Below the pieces are notes generated by a model. That model ran no database searches. It saw only the letters and a list, made by a program, of their open reading frames with translations, and was not told the DNA's origin. Shown here one piece after another: positions 57,222 to 64,000 of a DNA stretch of 64,000 nt; the stretch's first letter is position 1, and each line of letters starts with the position of its first letter. The DNA comes from Octopus vulgaris (taxonomy: Eukaryota), in contig OX597822.1 of NCBI GenBank assembly GCA_951406725.2, positions 102,424,001-102,488,000 of the forward strand, given 5' to 3'. Position numbers and translations under genes: made by a program.

Positions 57222-57661
57222 GATACATAAATACATATATATATATATATATGTAAATATATATGTGTAAATATATATATGTGTGTGTGTGTAAATATAT
57301 ATGTGTGTGTGTGTGTAAATACATATATATATAAGCAACATAACTAGGTTGAAAAATCTCAATAAGAGATGAAAGTAGCAACCATACTAAGGAAGTAATA
57401 CTTATCGCCACTTCAATATGGCTGTTAATGTTTCTGTCATTTTAGCTCCCAGCCGATTTCCACCAGCTGGTTATAGATGTCACCTGCACCCTTTCCATAT
57501 TGTAAGTAGAGGAGCAAACCCCTACCATCCTCTAGCAGACAACGGAATCACAAGAGCAAACATTTTTGTGCTAGTCGTGTCCATCTTCGGTCATGAACAC
57601 CCAACTGCTAGCTTTAGCAGAGATTTGATCCCGCTTGCAAGATATAGAGAAATAAGTGACC

Positions 57662-58067
57662 AGGAGTGGCTGTGTGGTAAGTAGCTTGCTAACCAACCAC
57701 ATGGTTCTGGGTTCAGTCCCACTGTGTGGCATCTTGGGCAAGTGTCTTCTGCTATAGCCCCGGGCCGACCAATGCCTTGTGAGTGGATTTGGTAGACGGA
57801 AACTGAAAGAAGCCTGTCGTATATATGTGTATATATATATAAGTGTGTGTGTATATGTTTGTGTGTCTGTGTTTGTCCCCCTAGCATTGCTTGACAACCG
57901 ATGCTGGTGTGTTTACGTCCTCGTCACTTAGCGGTTCGGCAAAAGAGACCGATAGAATAAGTACTGGGCTTACAAAGAATAAGTCCCGGGGTCGATTTGC
58001 TTGACTAAAGGCGGTGCTCCAGCATGGCCGCAGTCAAATGACTGAAACAAGAAAAGAGAGTAAGAGA
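57662..58067 (+). mobile_element. tRNA-derived SINE family S1, complete copy
   Basis: A box TGGCTGTGTGG, B box GGTTCAGTCC, CORE-like CTTGGGCAAGTG, and tail GGCGGTGCTCCAGCATGGCCGCAGTCAAATGACTGAAAC. Confidence 0.9.
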
Positions 58068-58578
58068 TGAAAATGGTAACGATACTAATAAATAGTGTTT
58101 ATCGCCATATCAATGTGGCTGTTGAGCATTTCTGCCATTTTAACCTCAGGCAGATCCTCCAGTAGTAAGAATCTGCTAGAGGATGGTAGGGGTTTGCTCC
58201 CTTGCTTGCAATATCTACAGGGTGCAGGTTGCACAGGTAACCAGCTGCAGGAGGATCTGCTTGGGGTTAAAACTGTAGTACCATCAAACAGCCATATTAA
58301 TGTGGTGATAGATATTACTTATATATATATATATCATCATCATCATCGTTTAAGGTCCGTTTTCCGCGCTAGCACGGGTTGGACGGTTCGACCGGGGTCT
58401 GGGAAGCCAGGGGCTGCACCAGGCTCCAGTCTGATCTGGCAGAGTTTCTACAGCTGGATGCCCTTCCTAACGCCAACCACTCCGCGAGTGTAGTGGGTGC
58501 TTTTTATGTGCCACCTGCACAGGTGCCAGGGGGATATATATATATGTATATATATATGTATGTATATATATATGTATG

Positions 58579-58609
<31 letters not shown>

Positions 58610-58634
58610 GTATATATATATATTTATATATATA

Positions 58635-59620
58635 ATATATGTTTGAAAAAAGGAGTAGAGGTGGCTGTTGGGAGGATAATTTCTATTCCAGTTGCTCAAA
58701 TGAGTCTCAAGCTTTTTGATAGCCATTTTCAAACTGATATTCTGTGGTTTAGAAGGTTTCTATAGCAACACATTTTTTCTTACAAGTATACAAAGAAAAA
58801 ATAAAAATAGGAAATGAAAGATAGAAAAAAATTTTTTTTTTTTTAAATTAAAAAAAGATTTAAAAAATAAAGAATATAAAAACTAATATGAAATAAAAAG
58901 ATAAAAAATATAAAAATTAAGAAGATAAAAAAATTATAAAAGGATGCAAAAATATATACAACAGTATGTATGAAAAAAGAAGAAAAAAGGAAAAAAAGGT
59001 GGAAGGTAAGAAGACAAGAAGTAGTTGAAAATGGTAAAAATGAATAAAATGACCTCAAATCAATAGATTCACAAAGGTCATCTTTTGGCAAGAACTCACC
59101 AACTTTCTTTGACCACTCCTAAAAATATTCTATTTCTTTATTCCTGATAGTCTAATCTCTTCTCACTACCATTTTCAACTACTTTTTTTCTTCTTACCTT
59201 CCACTTTTTTTCTTTCCATTTCCCCCACCTTTTTTTTCTTCTTTTTCTTTTCCTTTCTTCTTTTTTTCATGCATGTTGCAGTATTTACTTTTTGTATCCT
59301 TTTGTTATTTTTATCTTCTCAATTTTTTTTTATATTTCTATCTTTTTATTTTTATATTAGTTTTTATATTTGTTGTTTTTTTTGTTTTTTTTTAAATTAT
59401 TTTTATCTTTTATTTCTTTTTTTTTATTATTTTATTTGTATACTTGTAAGAAAAAATCTGTTGCTATATAAACAACCTTCTAAACCACAGAATATCAGTT
59501 TGAAAACTGATCAAAAAACTATCAAAAAGCTTGAGACTCATTTGAGTAACTGGAAACATCATTAAAATAAAAATCACCCCCACAAAAGCCATCTCTACTC
59601 CTTTTTATCAAATATATTAT
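58635..59620. repeat. Large diverged fold-back, arms about 400-450 bp
   Basis: 58635-59037 is roughly the reverse complement of 59165-59620 (e.g. CAAATGAGTCTCAAGCTTTTTGATAG). Confidence 0.82.
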
Positions 59621-59651
59621 ACTGTAACAAAAACATTTTTTATTATCCTAC

Positions 59652-59683
<32 letters not shown>

Positions 59684-59948
59684 CGTGTCTATATGAGTTT
59701 GAGATTAAACAACCTTCTAAGGGATAATAAATATCTTCTATACTACTGGATGTATACCTATGTATTTATATTCAGATACTTACTGTGTTGTAAGGCAATA
59801 GCACAATTGAACAATAGGTATGAGTGGGGGTAAACAAAATTTTACCCAGAATTTATAAGGCATAGAAGAAAATGGAAAAGATAATTAGCTGACAAACATC
59901 ACCTGATGTTTGTCATATAATTACCTTCTCCATTTTCTTCTTTGCCTT

Positions 59949-59997
<49 letters not shown>

Positions 59998-60115
59998 CAG
60001 CATATATATATATATATATATATATGTGCAACATTCTGCGACATGTGACCTCGTGAGCACCGCCAGCAATTTTTTTTCCTCTGTCTTCCCTTCTCGGGAT
60101 CTTTCCTTCTCCTTT

Positions 60116-60150
60116 GTTTCCGACGAAGAGCTTCGCTCGAAACGTTAAAC
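60116..60150 (+). ncRNA. Minimal type I hammerhead-like motif
   Basis: GUUU-CCGACGA-A-GAGC UUC GCUC-GAAA-CG-UU-AAAC, with palindromic AACGUU. The element is bounded by TA arrays. Confidence 0.6.
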
Positions 60151-60245
60151 CCTCCTTCTTCCCTTCTTTCCTGAGCGTCCAATAATACTTTATTTGTTCC
60201 ACGTCCTCGCGTTGCTGTGTTTTTTGTGTTTTCTTGTTTGGATTA

Positions 60246-60308
<63 letters not shown>

Positions 60309-60541
60309 AAATGAGTTTTCAAATTGCAGTTACCTTCAAATGTATATTTTTAAAAGAAATATTTTCTTTTTTGCAATGCTAATGTAATCATTTCAAAGAA
60401 TTAGATTTCTCCGCAATTAAAAAGAAAAATCTATACTAATTACATTTAATAAGTGACTTTTAAATCATTTAACATATTCATTCTGCAAACTCAGGATATC
60501 CAAATCTATTTTTGTATTTTCCATGGATATATATATCATGC

Positions 60542-60611
<70 letters not shown>

Positions 60612-60997
60612 AATAAACCATCTCATTGTGGATTAATTGTTTTTATTACTAGAAATTAATGACTGAGGGAGGTTTTAAAGGGTACATTTGAGAAAAAATA
60701 AACAAGTGTGACACCATTTGGATGAATATAACAAAGCTTGTTTAAAGAGACATGGTACATCTAAGAGATAAAATGATGTTCTATACATCATCTATCTTGA
60801 TTGTACAAACAAAAACAAAAACATTCCATTTTATGTTAAAATGCAACACTTGTATAAGAAGTGATACAAAAAAATATATGTTGCTACATTTTGTATATCA
60901 GGGTTTTTTTAGCCACTTGTTACATATTTTCTAATTAAATACTTTTTGTGAAAATCTGAAATTAGTTATTTTATATGTTTGGTTGTTTGTTTATGTC

Positions 60998-61034
<37 letters not shown>

Positions 61035-61302
61035 TAATGTAGGATAAAATTTTTTTCAGGAAAAAAATTTTATCAATGGTCAGCATATCAAAAATTACCT
61101 TCAAAGGTTAAATTTATAAATAATTTACAAGATAAGGGTAGAAGAAAAATTCTTATGCCAAATATGCCGAAACAAAAAATTGTGTCTCGAGATGTGCCAA
61201 AGATTTTTCTATTTTGGATATATTTGGGGTACTTAAGTCTGCTCAGGACTTAGTGCTTGCTTTTTCCATGGGTATGAGTAAGTATTTCACTTATATCTCG
61301 CG

Positions 61303-61369
61303 TATTTGCCACTGAAGAGGGGAAAATTTTCTTATGAATTAACCCCGAAATTGGACCAATACGGTAATA
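61303..61369 (+). ncRNA. Type I hammerhead ribozyme motif, canonical core
   Basis: UUGCCA-CUGAAGA-GGGG...CCCC-GAAA-UUGG A CCAA-UA-CGGUAA. Lies inside inverted arms 61121-61181 and 61431-61492. Confidence 0.72.
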
Positions 61370-61491
61370 ACGAATTTTTTAGAGATTTCTATCGGTTTGT
61401 TTCGAGACACATAAATTATAATGGTTATCAACAATTTTTTGTTTTGGCATATTTGGCATTAGAATTTTTCTTCTGCCCTTATCTTGTAAAT

Positions 61492-61524
<33 letters not shown>

Positions 61525-61590
61525 AAGGAGATGTGGAACACGAGTTGTGATATATAAAAAAAGGAAATTAAGAAAATGCTGACAAAATAA

Positions 61591-61800
61591 TTTAATTAGG
61601 TGAAAGTTCTTTTTACCGGTTGCGCATTTGTTATGCTTATCAAAAGATATTTTGAGTGAGATAGAGTTCCTTTCTGATTGATTTTTTTCTATCAGATAAG
61701 AGAAAAAAATCAATCAGAAAGGAACTCTATCTCACTCAAAATATCTTTTGATAAGCATAACAAATGCGCAACCGGTAAAAAGAACTTTCACCTAATTAAA
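61591..61800. repeat. Perfect 100-bp inverted repeat with a 10-nt loop
   Basis: 61591-61690 is the exact reverse complement of 61701-61800. Confidence 0.95.
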
Positions 61801-62133
61801 TACACTCTCCCTTACTTAAATTATTTTGTCAGCATTTTCTTCATTTCCTTTTATATAGATATATATATACAAATTAGAAAAAAACATCTTTTATCAATTC
61901 TTAAAATGAACAATTAAATTACACCATCCAGAAAATTACATATAATAGAAATATGTAATTTTCTGGATGGTGTAATTTAGTTGTTCATTTTGAATTGATA
62001 AAAGATGGTTTTTTTCTAATTTATTTTTTAATTTTTATATTATTTATTTATTATATTGTGTGAAATTTGATTTAGTTTTTCTCAATTGAATATTTTTCCC
62101 TGTAATTTAGGATTAATATTCCCTCAATATAAT

Positions 62134-63449
<1,316 letters not shown>

Positions 63450-64000
63450 TGCCAACAACATTGGTTTCACTGCCCCATTGTATTCTGTTTTTAAATAACG
63501 TAAATTCTGAGGTTGGCTTCCTTTGATTTACTTGATCAACATGTATCATTAATATACAGATGTCACACATTACAGCTGCCTCAGCTTACAGGATTTTGCA
63601 CTTATGGACATTGTAAAGTATGACCATTCATTTCAGGATACAATCTGTAATGTCGTACTTTCGGAAACTCAGATTTTGAGGTTTTAAATTGCAAACAATT
63701 TCAAACTACACTTTCTTCTTAATGCATTGGCCACTTGCATTTTAGTTAAGATGAAAGAGAGACGGTACATCTAAGAGATAAAATGATGTTCTATACATCT
63801 TCTATCTTGATTGTAAAAACAAAAAAGCACTGATTTGAAAAACATGCATCATATACACACATCATTATCTTCATCATGATTTGATGTCTACTTTCCATGC
63901 TGGCATGGGTTGGATGGTTTGACCAGAGCTGGCAAGCTGGAGAGCTGCACCAGGTTCTAGTCGGATTTGGCCCTTCCTAACACCAACCACTTTACAAAAT

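Overview
AT-rich, repeat-dominated animal genomic DNA. The SINE/LINE repertoire suggests a cephalopod such as Octopus (inference from recalled families, not verified). There is one clear host gene, a single-coding-exon DUF229-family protein (49630-51555, +). The first 15.5 kb is a nest of CR1/L2-group APE-RT LINEs, each bounded by long (TA)n arrays. It includes one apparently full-length element whose ORF1 combines Myb/SANT-like, polyQ and two CCCH zinc-finger motifs. The rest is SINEs, non-autonomous Helitrons, MITEs, and hAT, Tc1, RTE and Penelope relics. The most notable signal is a set of at least seven different type-I hammerhead-ribozyme-like motifs, most with a short palindromic or near-palindromic stem III. 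One has a compensatory G3-C8 core. They sit in short elements at (TA)n tracts, often with fold-back arms, which look like Penelope-derived or retrozyme-like units. Almost all long Y/I/C/V ORFs are microsatellite artefacts. Coordinates were read by hand, so repeat boundaries are approximate.
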